From the NCBI RefSeq assembly GCF_009914755.1, contig NC_060926.1: a stretch of 64,000 bases of DNA; one strand, given 5' to 3'. The translations under genes were made by a program, and so were the position numbers. Positions 12,501-29,200 of the stretch are shown here, piece by piece (the stretch's first letter is position 1; each line of letters begins with the position of its first letter). The stretch is from the human T2T-CHM13v2.0 reference genome, Homo sapiens. The notes beneath the pieces are model-generated. The model searched no databases, was not told the origin of the DNA, and worked only from the letters and a program-made list of their open reading frames with translations.

Positions 12501-13128
12501 GAATTGAATGGAATCATCAAATGGCATCGAATGGAATCACCATTGAATGGAATCGAATGGAATCATCGAATGGCATCGAATGGAATCATCATCGAATAAA
12601 ATCAAATGGAATAATCGAATGTACTCGAATGGAATCATCAAATGGATTTGAGAGGAATCATCATCGAATGGAATTGAACAGAATCATCAAATGGACTCGA
12701 ATGGAATCCTCATTGAATGGAATCGAATGGAATCATTCAATGGAGTCGAATGGAATAATCAGCAAATGGAATCGAATGGAATCATTGAATATCAACGAAT
12801 GGAATCATCATCGAATGGAGTCGAATGGAATCATCAAACGAACTCGAATGCAATCATCATAGAATGGAATCGAATGGAATCTTTGAATGGACCTGAATGG
12901 AATCATCATCGAATGCAAACGAATGGAATCATCATCAAATGGAATCACATGGAATCATCAAATGGAAAAGAATTGAATAATCATAGAAAGGAATTGAATA
13001 GAATCATCGAATGAAACCGAATGGAATCATCATCGAATGGAATCGAATGGAATCATCATCGAATGCAATTGAATGGAATCATCATCGAATGGAATCGAAT
13101 GGAATCACCAACGAATGGAATTCAAAGG
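6516..13128 (+). repeat. ~6.5 kb unit 2, type B (6613 bp)
   Basis: Anchor 6645->13258. Carries +49 (~8707-8755), +26 (~9401-9426) and +23 (9832-9877 tandem) relative to A, and GCATGC at 9284. Confidence 0.93.
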
Positions 13129-16100
13129 AATCATCATCGAATGGAACCAAATAGAATCATCAGATGGACTCGAAAGGAATCATTGAATGGACTCGAATGG
13201 AGTTGTCATCGAATGGAATCAAATGGAATCATCGAACAGAATTGAATCGAATCCTCATTGAATGAAATCAAATGGAATCATCGAATGGACTCGAATGGAA
13301 GCAATATCAAATGGAATCGAAAGGAATCATGGAATGCATTCAAAGGGAATAATCAAATGGACTCAAATCGAATCAACATCAAGTGGAATCGAAAGGAATC
13401 ATCGAATGGACCGGAATGGAATCATCATCGAATGGAATCGAATGGAATCATCGAATGGACATGAATGGAATCACTATCCAATGGAACCGAATGGAATCAT
13501 CATGGAATGGAACCGGAAGGAGTCGTCATCAAATGGAATCCAATGAAATCATTGAATGGACTCGAATGGAATCATCATCAACTGGAATTGAATGGAATCA
13601 TCGAACGGACTCCAGTGGAATCATCGGAGAATGGAATCGAATGGAATTATCAAACGGACTCAAATGGAATAAACTTTGAATGGAATCGAGGGGAATCATC
13701 AAATGGAATCGAATGCAATCATCGAACGGAATCGAATGGCATCACCGAATGGAATCCAATGGAATCACCATTGAATGGACTCGAATGGAATCATCATTGA
13801 ATGGAATCGAATGGAATCATCGAATGGACTCGAATGGAATCATCATCAATTGGAATCAAATGGAATCATCGAATGGAATCGAAAGGAATCATCATCAACT
13901 GTAATGAACTGGAATCATTGAATGGAATCGAATGGAATCGTCATCAAAAATAATCGAATAGAATAATCAAATGGAATCAAATGCAATCAACATCAAATGG
14001 AATCGAATGGAATCCTAGAATGACATCGAATGGAATCCTCATCGAATGGAATCAAAGGGAATCAATATCGAATGGAATCGAAAGCAATCATTGAATGGAC
14101 TTGAATACAATCATCAAATGGATTTGAAGGGAATCCTCATTGAATGGAATAGAACAAAAACATTGAATGGACACGAATGGAATCATCATCGAATGGAATC
14201 AAATGGAGTCATCAAATGGACTCGAATGGAATCATCATCAAATGGGATCATCATCAAATGGAATCGAATGGAGTCATCGAATGGACACGAATGAATGAAC
14301 AAATGGACTCGAATGGAAACATCAAATAGAATCGAATGGAATCATCGAAAGGAATTGAATGGAATTATTGAATGGACTCGAATGGAATCATCTAATGGAC
14401 ACGAATGGAATAATCATAAAATGGAATCGAATGGAATCATCAAATGGACTCGAATGAATGGAATCATTGAATGGACTCGAATGGAATCATCGAATGGACT
14501 CAAATGGAATCATCATCAAATGGACTCGAATGGAATCATCACATGGAATCAAACCGAATCGTCATCGAATGGAATCGAATGGAATCATCGAATGGAATTG
14601 AAGGCAATCATCATCGAATGGAATCGAATGGAATCATCATCAAATGGAATCAAGCGGAAGGAATCATCAAATGGAATCAAATGGAATCATTGTTGAATGG
14701 AATGGAATGGAATCATTGAATGGAATTGAATGGGATCACCAATGAACGGAATCAAATGGAATCATCTTCTAATGGAATCGAAAGGAATCATCAAATACAC
14801 TCGAATGGAATCATCATCGAATGGAATCGTGTGGAATCGTCGAATGAACTGGAAATGAATCATAATCAAATGCAATTAAAATGAATCATCATCGAAAGGA
14901 ATCACATGGAATCATCATCGAATGGAATCATGTAGAAACATCACAGAATGGAATTGAATGGAATCATCAGTTGGACTCGAATGGAATCATCAAATGTACT
15001 CGAAGGGACGCGTCAAATGGACTCGAACGGAATCATCATCGAATGGAATCGAATGGGATCATCGAAAGGACTCGAATCAAATCTTCAAAAGGACTCAAAG
15101 GGAATCATTGTAGAATGGAATTGAATAGATTCATCAGACAGCCTCGAATGGAAACATCATTGAATGGAATTGATTGGAAACATCGAATTCACTCGAATGG
15201 AATCATCATCTGATGGAATTCAAGGGAATCATCGAATGGACACAAATGGAATCATCATCAAATGGAATCCATTGGAACGATCGAATGGAATCACATGGAA
15301 TTATCAAATGGAATCGAATGCAATCATCATTGAATGGAATCGAATGGAATCATCGAATGGTATCCAAAGGAATCAACATTGAATGCCCTCGCATGGAATC
15401 ATCATCATATAGAGTAGAAAGGAATCATTGAATGGACTCGAATGGAACCATCATTGAATGGAATCACCAAATGGAATCAAATGGAATCATCATCAAATGA
15501 AATCAAACGGAATCATCAAATGGAATCGAATGGAATCATCATTGAATGGATTCGAATAGAATCTTTGAATGAAATTGAATGGAATCAGCATGAAATGGAA
15601 TCTAAAGGAATCATAGAATGGTATCGAATGGAATCATCATCGAATGGAATGGAATGGAATGGAATGGAATCAGCATAGAATGGAATCAAAAGCAATCATT
15701 CAATGGAATCTAATAGAATCATCGAATAGACTTGAATGTAATCATCATCGAATGGAGAAGAATGGAATCATCCAATGGACAGGAATGGAATCATCCTCGA
15801 ATGGAATCGAATGGAATCATATAATGGACCCGAATGGAATCATCATTGAATGGAATAGAATGGAATCGTCATCGAATGGAATCATATGGAATCATCTAAT
15901 GGACCCGAATGGAATCATTATCGAATTGAATAGAATGCAATCATCATCAAATGGAATCGAATGGAATCATCAAAAGGAATCGAATGGAGTCATTGTCTAA
16001 TGCAATCGAATGAAATCATAGTATGGAATCCCATGAAATCAACATCGAATGGAATCGATTGGAATCATTATCAAATAGAATTGAATGGAATCACTGAATG

Positions 16101-19100
16101 GAATCATCATCAAATGGACTCCAACGGAATCATCGAATTGACTCTAATGGAATCATCACTGAATGGAACAGAACGGAATAATCAAATGGAAACGAATGGA
16201 ATCATCAGCGAATGGAATCGAATGGTATCATCAAATGCACTTGAATGGAATCATCAATGAATGCAATCGAATGGTATAATCGAATGGAATCAAATGGAAT
16301 CATCTTCGAGTGGAACCTAAAGGAATCGCCAAATGGACTCCAATGGAATAATCATCATATGGAATCGAGTGGAATCATCGAATGTACTCGAATGGAATCA
16401 TCGAATGTACTCGAATGGAATCATCGAATGGAATCGAATGGAATCATGGTCGAACGGAAAAGAATGGAATCATCAAGTGGACACGAATGGAATCAACATC
16501 TAATGGAATGGAATGGAATCATCAAATGGAATGGAATGGAATCATCATTGAATGGAATAAAATGGAATAATCAAATGGAATCAAATGGAATAATCAATGA
16601 ATGGAATCGAATGGTATCATGGAATGGAATTGAATGGAAACGTCTTTGAGTGGAATCTAAAGGAATCACCGAATGGACTCCAATCATCAGATTGAATCGA
16701 GTGGAATCATCGAATGTAGTCGAATGCAATCATCATCGAATGGAATTGAATGGAATCAACGAATGGAATACAAAGGAATCATAGAATGGACTCGAATGGA
16801 ATCATCATTGAATGGAATGAAATGGAATCATCATGGAATGGAATTGAATGGAATCATGGAATGGACTCAAATGGAATCATCATCGAATGAAATCGTATGG
16901 AATCATCGAATGCAACTGAATGGAATCATTGAATGGACTTGAAAGGAATTATTATGGAATGGAATTGAATGGAATCATTGAATGGACTTGAAAGGAATCA
17001 TCATCAAGTGGAATCGAATGGAATCGTTGAATGGACTCGAATTGAATCTTTGAATGGAATCGAATGGAATCATCATTGAATGGAGTCAAATGGAATCATC
17101 ATCAAATGGAATTGAATGGAATCTTCATTGAATGGACTCGAATGGAATCATCATCAAATGGAATCTAATCGAATCATCAATGAAGGGAATCGAATGGAAT
17201 CATCATCGAATGGAATCAAATGGAATCATCAACAAGTGGAAACGAATGAAATCATCGAATGGAATCCAATGGTGTCATCGAATGGACACGAAAGGAATCA
17301 TCGAATGGAATCAAATGGAATCACCATCGAATGAAATCAAATGGAATCACCATCGAATGGAATCTTATGAAATCATCTCATGGACTCTAAGGGAATCATC
17401 ATCGAATGGAATCGAATGGAATCATTGAATGAAATGGAAAGGAATCACCATCGAATGGAATGTTATGGAATCTTCTAATGGACTCGAAGGGAATCATCAT
17501 CGAATGGAATCGAATGGAATCATTGAATGGAATTGAATGGAATCATCATCAAATGGAATCGAATGGAATCATCGAATGGAATCTGAATGGAATCATCAAT
17601 GAATGGAATCAAATGGAATCATCTAATGGACGTGAATGGAATCATCATCGAAAGCAATGAAATGTAATTCAATCGAATGGACATGAATGGAATCATCATT
17701 GAATGGAATCAAATGGAATCCTCATCGAATGGAATCGAATGGAATCATCAAATGGAATAGAATGGAGTCATCGTCGAATGTAATCGAATGTAATCATCGA
17801 ATGGCATCGAATGGAATCATCGACTGGAAAAGAATGGAATCATCATCGAATGGAAATGAATAGAATCACAGAATGAAATCGAATGGAATCATCATCGAAT
17901 GGAGTCTAATGGAATAATCATCGAATGGAATAGAATGGAATCATCGAGTGGACACGAATGGAATCATCATTGAATGCAATCGAATAGAATCATCAAATGG
18001 ACTTGAATGGAAACAACATCGAATGGAATCGAATTTAGTCATTGAATGGCATTGAGTGGAATCATCATTGAATGGAATCTAAGGAAATCATCGAATGGAC
18101 TTGAGTGGAATCATCGAATGGACTGGAGTGGAATCATCGAATGGACTCGAGGGGAATCATCATTGAATGGAATCTAGTGGAATCATTGAATGGACTCGAA
18201 TGGAATAATCGAATAGGCTTGAGTGGAATCATCATCAAATGGAATCAAATGGAATCATCAAATGGACTTGAATGGAAACAACATCGAATGGAATCGAATT
18301 TAGTCATTGAATTGCACTGAGTGGAATCATCATTGAATGGAATCTAAGGAAATCATCGAATGGACTCGAGTGGAATCATCGAATGGACTCGAGGGGAATC
18401 ATCATCGAATGGAATGGACTGTAATCATCGATTGGACTCGAATGGAATCATCATTGAATGGAATCGAATGGAATCAACGAATGGACTCGAATAGAATCAT
18501 CATCGAATGGAATCGAATGGAATCAAAGAATGGACTCTAATGGAGTCATCATCAAATGGAATCTAATGGAATCATCTAATGGACCTGAAAGGAATCATCA
18601 TTGAATGGAATCGAATGGAATCATCGAATGGACTCGAATGGAATCATCATCGAATGGAATCTAATGGAATCATTGAATGGACTCGAATGGAATAATCGAA
18701 TGGGCTTGAGTGGAATCATCATCAAATGGAATCGAATGCAATCATCAAATGGACTCGAATGGAATCATCGTCAAATGGAATCGAATGGAATCATCATCAA
18801 AGGGAATCGAATGGAATCCTCATCGAATGGAATCGAACGGAATCATCATCGAATGGAATCACCAAATTGAATCGAATGGAATGATCGTCAAAGACAATCG
18901 AAGGGAAACATCGAATGGGATTGAACGGAGTCATCGAATGGAATCGATAGGAATCATCGAATGGATTCAAATGCAATCATCATCAAATGGAAACGAACGG
19001 AATCATCGAATGGACACGAATGGAATCATCATCAAATAGAATTGAATGGAATCATCAAATGGCATCGAATGGAATCACCATTGAATGGAATCGAATGGAA

Positions 19101-19666
19101 TCATCGAATGGCATCGAATGGAATCATCATCGAATAAAATCAAATGGAATAATCGAATGTACTCGAATGGAATCATCAAATGGATTTGAGAGGAATCATC
19201 ATCGAATGGAATTGAACAGAATCATCAAATGGACTCGAATGGAATCCTCATTGAATGGAATCGAATGGAATCATTCAATGGAGTCGAATGGAATAATCAG
19301 CAAATGGAATCGAATGGAATCATTGAATATCAACGAATGGAATCATCATCGAATGGAGTCGAATGGAATCATCAAACGAACTCGAATGCAATCATCATAG
19401 AATGGAATCGAATGGAATCTTTGAATGGACCTGAATGGAATCATCATCGAATGCAAACGAATGGAATCATCATCAAATGGAATCACATGGAATCATCAAA
19501 TGGAAAAGAATTGAATAATCATAGAAAGGAATTGAATAGAATCATCGAATGAAACCGAATGGAATCATCATCGAATGGAATCGAATGGAATCATCATCGA
19601 ATGCAATTGAATGGAATCATCATCGAATGGAATCGAATGGAATCACCAACGAATGGAATTCAAAGG
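13129..19666 (+). repeat. ~6.5 kb unit 3, type C (6538 bp)
   Basis: Anchor 13258->19796. A-like short allele but with the 23-bp duplication. Markers: GGACCGG (~13408), CATCAGCG (~16203), AATAGGCTT (~18212). Confidence 0.93.
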
Positions 19667-22600
19667 AATCATCATCGAATGGAACCAAATAGAATCATCA
19701 GATGGACTCGAAAGGAATCATTGAATGGACTCGAATGGAGTTGTCATCGAATGGAATCAAATGGAATCATCGAACAGAATTGAATCGAATCCTCATTGAA
19801 TGAAATCAAATGGAATCATCGAATGGACTCGAATGGAAGCAATATCAAATGGAATCGAAAGGAATCATGGAATGCATTCAAAGGGAATAATCAAATGGAC
19901 TCAAATGGAATCAACATCAAGTGGAATCGAAAGGAATCATCGAATGGACAGGAATGGAATCATCATCGAATGGAATCGAATGGAATCATCGAATGGACAT
20001 GAATGGAATCACTATCCAATGGAACCGAATGGAATCATCATGGAATGGAACCGGAAGGAGTCGTCATCAAATGGAATCCAATGAAATCATTGAATGGACT
20101 CGAATGGAATCATCATCAACTGGAATTGAATGGAATCATCGAACGGACTCCAGTGGAATCATCGGAGAATGGAATCGAATGGAATTATCAAACGGACTCA
20201 AATGGAATAAACTTTGAATGGAATCGAGGGGAATCATCAAATGGAATCGAATGCAATCATCGAACGGAATCGAATGGCATCACCGAATGGAATCCAATGG
20301 AATCACCATTGAATGGACTCGAATGGAATCATCATTGAATGGAATCGAATGGAATCATCGAATGGACTCGAATGGAATCATCATCAATTGGAATCAAATG
20401 GAATCATCGAATGGAATCGAAAGGAATCATCATCAACTGTAATGAACTGGAATCATTGAATGGAATCGAATGGAATCGTCATCAAAAATAATCGAATAGA
20501 ATAATCAAATGGAATCAAATGCAATCAACATCAAATGGAATCGAATGGAATCCTAGAATGACATCGAATGGAATCCTCATCGAATGGAATCAAAGGGAAT
20601 CAATATCGAATGGAATCGAAAGCAATCATTGAATGGACTTGAATACAATCATCAAATGGATTTGAAGGGAATCCTCATTGAATGGAATAGAACAAAAACA
20701 TTGAATGGACACGAATGGAATCATCATCGAATGGAATCAAATGGAGTCATCAAATGGACTCGAATGGAATCATCATCAAATGGGATCATCATCAAATGGA
20801 ATCGAATTGAGTCATCGAATGGACACGAATGAATGAACAAATGGACTCGAATGGAAACATCAAATAGAATCGAATGGAATCATCGAAAGGAATTGAATGG
20901 AATTATTGAATGGACTCGAATGGAATCATCTAATGGACACGAATGGAATAATCATAAAATGGAATCGAATGGAATCATCAAATGGACTCGAATGAATGGA
21001 ATCATTGAATGGACTCGAATGGAATCATCGAATGGACTCAAATGGAATCATCATCAAATGGACTCGAATGGAATCATCACATGGAATCAAACCGAATCGT
21101 CATCGAATGGAATCGAATGGAATCATCGAATGGAATTGAAGGCAATCATCATAGAATGGAATCGAATGGAATCATCATCAAATGGAATCAAGCGGAAGGA
21201 ATCATCAAATGGAATCAAATGGAATCATTGTTGAATGGAATGGAATGGAATCATTGAATGGAATTGAATGGGATCACCAATGAACGGAATCAAATGGAAT
21301 CATCTTCTAATGGAATCGAAAGGAATCATCAAATACACTCGAATGGAATCATCATCGAATGGAATCGTGTGGAATCGTCGAATGAACTGGAAATGAATCA
21401 TAATCAAATGCAATTAAAATGAATCATCATCGAAAGGAATCACATGGAATCATCATCGAATGGAATCATGTGGAAACATCACAGAATGGAATTGAATGGA
21501 ATCATCAGTTGGACTCGAATGGAATCATCAAATGTACTCGAAGGGACGCGTCAAATGGACTCGAACGGAATCATCATCGAATGGAATCGAATGGGATCAT
21601 CGAAAGGACTCGAATCAAATCTTCAAAAGGACTCAAAGGGAATCATTGTAGAATGGAATTGAATAGATTCATCAGACAGCCTCGAATGGAAACATCATTG
21701 AATGGAATTGATTGGAAACATCGAATTCACTCGAATGGAATCATCATCTGATGGAATTCAAGGGAATCATCGAATGGACACAAATGGAATCATCATCAAA
21801 TGGAATCCATTGGAACGATTGAATGGAGTCGCATGGAATTATCAAATGGAATCGAATGGAATCATCTTTGAATGGAATCAAATGGAATCATCGAATGGAA
21901 TCGAATGCAATCATCATTGAATGGAATCGAATGGAATCATCGAATGGTATCCAAAGGAATCACCATTGAATGCCCTCGCATGGAATCATCATCATATAGA
22001 GTAGAAAGGAATCATTGAATGGACTCGAATGGAACCATCATTGAATAGAATCACCAAATGGAATCAAATGGAATCACCATCAAATGAAATCAAACGGAAT
22101 CATCAAATGGAATCGAATGGAATCATCATTGAATGGATTCGAATAGAATCTTTGAATGAAATTGAATGGAAGCAGCATGAAATGGAATCTAAAGGAATCA
22201 TAGAATGGTATCGAATGGAATCATCGTGGAATGGAATGGAATGGAATGGAATGGAATCAGCATCGAATGGAATCAAAAGCAATCATTCCATGGACTCTAA
22301 TAGAATCATCGAATAGACTTGAATGTAATCATCATCGAATGGAGAAGAATGGAATCATCCAATGGACACGAATGGAATCATCCTCGAATGCAATCAAATG
22401 GAATCATATAATGGACCCGAATGGAATCATCATTGCATGCAATAGAATGGAATCGTCATCGAATGGAATCGTATGGAATCATCTAATGAACCCGAATGGA
22501 ATCATCGTCGAAATGAATAGAATGCAATCATCATCAAATGGAATCGAATGGAATCATCATCAAATAGAATCGAATGGAATCATCAAATGGAATCGAATGG

Positions 22601-25600
22601 AGTCATTGTCTAATGCAATCGAATGAAATCATAGAATGGAATCCCATGGAATCAACATCGAATGGAATCGATTGGAATCATTATCAAATAGAATTGAATG
22701 GAATCACTGAATGGAATCATCATCAAATGGACTCCAACGGAATCATCGAATTGACTCTAATGGAATCATCACTGAATGGAACAGAACGGAATAATCAAAT
22801 GGAAACGAATGGAATCATCATCGAATGGAATCGAATGGTATCATCAAATGCACTTGAATGGAATCATCAATGAATGCAATCGAATGGTAAAATCGAATGG
22901 AATCAAATGGAATCATCTTCGAGTGGAACCTAAAGGAATCGCCAAATGGACTCCAATGGAATAATCATCATATGGAATCGAGTGGAATCATCGAATGTAC
23001 TCGAATGGAATCATCGAATGTACTCGAATGGAATCATCGAATGGAATCGAATGGAATCATGGTCGAACGGAAAAGAATGGAATCATCAAGTGGACACGAA
23101 TGGAATCAACATCTAATGGAATGGAATGGAATCATCAAATGGAATGGAATGGAATCATCATTGAATGGAATAAAATGGAATAATCAAATGGAATCAAATG
23201 GAATAATCAATGAATGGAATCGAATGGTATCATGGAATGGAATTGAATGGAAACGTCTTTGAGTGGAATCTAAAGGAATCACCGAATGGACTCCAATCAT
23301 CAGATGGAATCGAGTGGAATCATCGAATGTAGTCGAATGCAATCATCATCGAATGGAATTGAATGGAATCAACGAATGGAATACAAAGGAATCATAGAAT
23401 GGACTCGAATGGAATCATCATTGAATGGAATGAAATGGAATCATCATGGAATGGAATTGAATGGAATCATGGAATGGACTCAAATGGAATCATCATCGAA
23501 TGAAATCGTATGGAATCATCGAATGCAACTGAATGGAATCATTGAATGGACTTGAAAGGAATTATTATGGAATGGAATTGAATGGAATCATTGAATGGAC
23601 TTGAAAGGAATCATCATCAAGTGGAATCGAATGGAATCGTTGAATGGACTCGAATTGAATCTTTGAATGGAATCGAATGGAATCATCATTGAATGGAGTC
23701 AAATGGAATCATCATCAAATGGAATTGAATGGAATCTTCATTGAATGGACTCGAATGGAATCATCATCAAATGGAATCTAATCGAATCATCAATGAAGGG
23801 AATCGAATGGAATCATCATCGAATGGAATCGAATGGAATCATCAACAAGTGGAAACGAATGAAATCATCGAATGGAATCCAATGGTGTCATCGAATGGAC
23901 ACGAAAGGAATCATCGAATGGAATCAAATGGAATCACCATCGAATGAAATCAAATGGAATCACCATCGAATGGAATCTTATGAAATCATCTCATGGACTC
24001 TAAGGGAATCATCATCGAATGGAATCGAATGGAATCATTGAATGAAATGGAAAGGAATCACCATCGAATGGAATGTTATGGAATCTTCTAATGGACTCGA
24101 AGGGAATCATCATCGAATGGAATCGAATGGAATCATTGAATGCAATTGAATGGAATCATCATCAAATGGAATCGAATGGAATCATCGAATGGAATCTGAA
24201 TGGAATCATCAATGAATGGAATCAAATGGAATCATCTAATGGACGTGAATGGAATCATCATCGAAAGCAATGAAATGTAATTCAATCGAATGGACATGAA
24301 TGGAATCATCATTGAATGGAATCAAATGGAATCCTCATCGAATGGAATCGAATGGAATCATCAAATGGAATAGAATGGAGTCATCGTCGAATGTAATCGA
24401 ATGTAATCATCGAATGGCATCGAATGGAATCATCGACTGGAAAAGAATGGAATCATCATCGAATGGAAATGAATAGAATCACAGAATGAAATCGAATGGA
24501 ATCATCATCGAATGGAGTCTAATGGAATAATCATCGAATGGAATAGAATGGAATCATCGAGTGGACACGAATGGAATCATCATTGAATGCAATCGAATAG
24601 AATCATCAAATGGACTTGAATGGAAACAACATCGAATGGAATCGAATTTAGTCATTGATTGGCATTGAGTGGAATCATCATTGAATGGAATCTACGGAAA
24701 TCATCGAATGGACTTGAGTGGAATCATCGAATGGACTGGAGTGGAATCATCGAATGGACTCGAGGGGAATCATCATTGAATGGAATCTAGTGGAATCATT
24801 GAATGGACTCGAATGGAATAATCGAATGGGCTTGAGTGGAATCATCATCAAATGGAATCAAATGGAATCATCAAATGGACTTGAATGGAAACAACATCGA
24901 ATGGAATCGAATTTAGTCATTGAATTGCACTGAGTGGAATCATCATTGAATGGAATCTAAGGAAATCATCGAATGGACTCGAGTGGAATCATCGAATGGA
25001 CTCGAGGGGAATCATCATCGAATGGAATGGACTGTAATCATCGATTGGACTCGAATGGAATCATCATTGAATGGAATCGAATGGAATCAACGAATGGACT
25101 CGAATAGAATCATCATCGAATGGAATCGAATGGAATCAAAGAATGGACTCTAATGGAGTCATCATCAAATGGAATCTAATGGAATCATCTAATGGACCTG
25201 AAAGGAATCATCATTGAATGGAATCGAATGGAATCATCGAATGGACTCGAATGGAATCATCATCGAATGGAATCTAATGGAATCATTGAATGGACTCGAA
25301 TGGAATAATCGAATGGGCTTGAGTGGAATCATCATCAAATGGAATCGAATGCAATCATCAAATGGACTCGAATGGAATCATCGTCAAATGGAATCGAATG
25401 GAATCATCATCAAAGGGAATCGAATGGAATCCTCATCGAATGGAATCGAACGGAATCATCATCGAATGGAATCACCAAATTGAATCGAATGGAATGATCG
25501 TCAAAGACAATCGAAGGGAAACATCGAATGGGATTGAACGGAGTCATCGAATGGAATCGATAGGAATCATCGAATGGATTCAAATGCAATCATCATCAAA

Positions 25601-26279
25601 TGGAAACGAACGGAATCATCGAATGGACACGAATGGAATCATCATCAAATAGAATTGAATGGAATCATCAAATGGCATCGAATGGAATCACCATTGAATG
25701 GAATCGAATGGAATCATCGAATGGCATCGAATGGAATCATCATCGAATAAAATCAAATGGAATAATCGAATGTACTCGAATGGAATCATCAAATGGATTT
25801 GAGAGGAATCATCATCGAATGGAATTGAACAGAATCATCAAATGGACTCGAATGGAATCCTCATTGAATGGAATCGAATGGAATCATTCAATGGAGTCGA
25901 ATGGAATAATCAGCAAATGGAATCGAATGGAATCATTGAATATCAACGAATGGAATCATCATCGAATGGAGTCGAATGGAATCATCAAACGAACTCGAAT
26001 GCAATCATCATAGAATGGAATCGAATGGAATCTTTGAATGGACCTGAATGGAATCATCATCGAATGCAAACGAATGGAATCATCATCAAATGGAATCACA
26101 TGGAATCATCAAATGGAAAAGAATTGAATAATCATAGAAAGGAATTGAACAGAATCATCGAATGAAACCGAATGGAATCATCATCGAATGGAATCGAATG
26201 GAATCATCATCGAATGCAATTGAATGGAATCATCATCGAATGGAATCGAATGGAATCACCAACGAATGGAATTCAAAGG
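19667..26279 (+). repeat. ~6.5 kb unit 4, type D (6613 bp)
   Basis: Anchor 19796->26409. Long allele like B (GCATGC at 22435). Private markers: GAATTGAGTC (~20804), CCCATGGAA (~22643), TCTACGG (~24691). Confidence 0.93.
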
Positions 26280-29200
26280 AATCATCATCGAATGGAACCA
26301 AATAGAATCATCAGATGGACTCGAAAGGAATCATTGAATGGACTCGAATGGAGTTGTCATCGAATGGAATCAAATGGAATCATCGAACAGAATTGAATCG
26401 AATCCTCATTGAATGAAATCAAATGGAATCATCGAATGGACTCGAATGGAAGCAATATCAAATGGAATCGAAAGGAATCATGGAATGCATTCAAAGGGAA
26501 TAATCAAATGGACTCAAATGGAATCAACATCAAGTGGAATCGAAAGGAATCATCGAATGGACAGGAATGGAATCATCATCGAATGGAATCGAATGGAATC
26601 ATCGAATGGACATGAATGGAATCACTATCCAATGGAACCGAATGGAATCATCATGGAATGGAACCGGAAGGAGTCGTCATCAAATGGAATCCAATGAAAT
26701 CATTGAATGGACTCGAATGGAATCATCATCAACTGGAATTGAATGGAATCATCGAACGGACTCCAGTGGAATCATCGGAGAATGGAATCGAATGGAATTA
26801 TCAAACGGACTCAAATGGAATAAACTTTGAATGGAATCGAGGGGAATCATCAAATGGAATCGAATGCAATCATTGAACGGAATCGAATGGCATCACCGAA
26901 TGGAATCCAATGGAATCACCATTGAATGGACTCGAATGGAATCATCATTGAATGGAATCGAATGGAATCATCGAATGGACTCGAATGGAATCATCATCAA
27001 TTGGAATCAAATGGAATCATCGAATGGAATCGAAAGGAATCATCATCAACTGTAATGAACTGGAATCATTGAATGGAATCGAATGGAATCGTCATCAAAA
27101 ATAATCGAATAGAATAATCAAATGGAATCAAATGCAATCAACATCAAATGGAATCGAATGGAATCCTAGAATGACATCGAATGGAATCCTCATCGAATGG
27201 AATCAAAGGGAATCAATATCGAATGGAATCGAAAGCAATCATTGAATGGACTTGAATACAATCATCAAATGGATTTGAAGGGAATCCTCATTGAATGGAA
27301 TAGAACAAAAACATTGAATGGACACGAATGGAATCATCATCGAATGGAATCAAATGGAGTCATCAAATGGACTCGAATGGAATCATCATCAAATGGGATC
27401 ATCATCAAATGGAATCGAATGGAGTCATCGAATGGACACGAATGAATGAACAAATGGACTCGAATGGAAACATCAAATAGAATCGAATGGAATCATCGAA
27501 AGGAATTGAATGGAATTATTGAATGGACTCGAATGGAATCATCTAATGGACACGAATGGAATAATCATAAAATGGAATCGAATGGAATCATCAAATGGAC
27601 TCGAATGAATGGAATCATTGAATGGACTCGAATGGAATCATCGAATGGACTCAAATGGAATCATCATCAAATGGACTCGAATGGAATCATCACATGGAAT
27701 CAAACCGAATCGTCATCGAATGGAATCGAATGGAATCATCGAATGGAATTGAAGGCAATCATCATCGAATGGAATCGAATGGAATCATCATCAAATGGAA
27801 TCAAGCGGAAGGAATCATCAAATGGAATCAAATGGAATCATTGTTGAATGGAATGGAATGGAATCATTGAATGGAATTGAATGGGATCACCAATGAACGG
27901 AATCAAATGGAATCATCTTCTAATGGAATCGAAAGGAATCATCAAATACACTCGAATGGAATCATCATCGAATGGAATCGTGTGGAATCGTCGAATGGAC
28001 TGGAAATGAATCATAATCAAATGCAATTAAAATGAATCATCATCGAAAGGAATCACATGGAATCATCATCGAATGGAATCATGTAGAAACATCACAGAAT
28101 GGAATTGAATGGAATCATCAGTTGGACTCGAATGGAATCATCAAATGTACTCGAAGGGACGCGTCAAATGGACTCGAACGGAATCATCATCGAATGGAAT
28201 CGAATGGGATCATCGAAAGGACTCGAATCAAATCTTCAAAAGGACTCAAAGGGAATCATTGTAGAATGGAATTGAATAGATTCATCAGACAGCCTCGAAT
28301 GGAAACATCATTGAATGGAATTGATTGGAAACATCGAATTCACTCGAATGGAATCATCATCTGATGGAATTCAAGGGAATCATCGAATGGACACAAATGG
28401 AATCATCATCAAATGGAATCCATTGGAACGATCGAATGGAATCACATGGAATTATCAAATGGAATCGAATGCAATCATCATTGAATGGAATCGAATGGAA
28501 TCATCGAATGGTATCCAAAGGAATCAACATTGAATGCCCTCGCATGGAATCATCATCATATAGAGTAGAAAGGAATCATTGAATGGACTCGAATGGAACC
28601 ATCATTGAATGGAATCACCAAATGGAATCAAATGGAATCATCATCAAATGAAATCAAACGGAATCATCAAATGGAATCGAATGGAATCATCATTGAATGG
28701 ATTCGAATAGAATCTTTGAATGAAATTGAATGGAATCAGCATGAAATGGAATCTAAAGGAATCATAGAATGGTATCGAATGGAATCATCATCGAATGGAA
28801 TGGAATGGAATGGAATGGAATCAGCATAGAATGGAATCAAAAGCAATCATTCAATGGAATCTAATAGAATCATCGAATAGACTTGAATGTAATCATCATC
28901 GAATGGAGAAGAATGGAATCATCCAATGGACAGGAATGGAATCATCCTCGAATGGAATCGAATGGAATCATATAATGGACCCGAATGGAATCATCATTGA
29001 ATGGAATAGAATGGAATCGTCATCGAATGGAATCATATGGAATCATCTAATGGACCCGAATGGAATCATTATCGAATTGAATAGAATGCAATCATCATCA
29101 AATGGAATCGAATGGAATCATCAAAAGGAATCGAATGGAGTCATTGTCTAATGCAATCGAATGAAATCATAGTATGGAATCCCATGAAATCAACATCGAA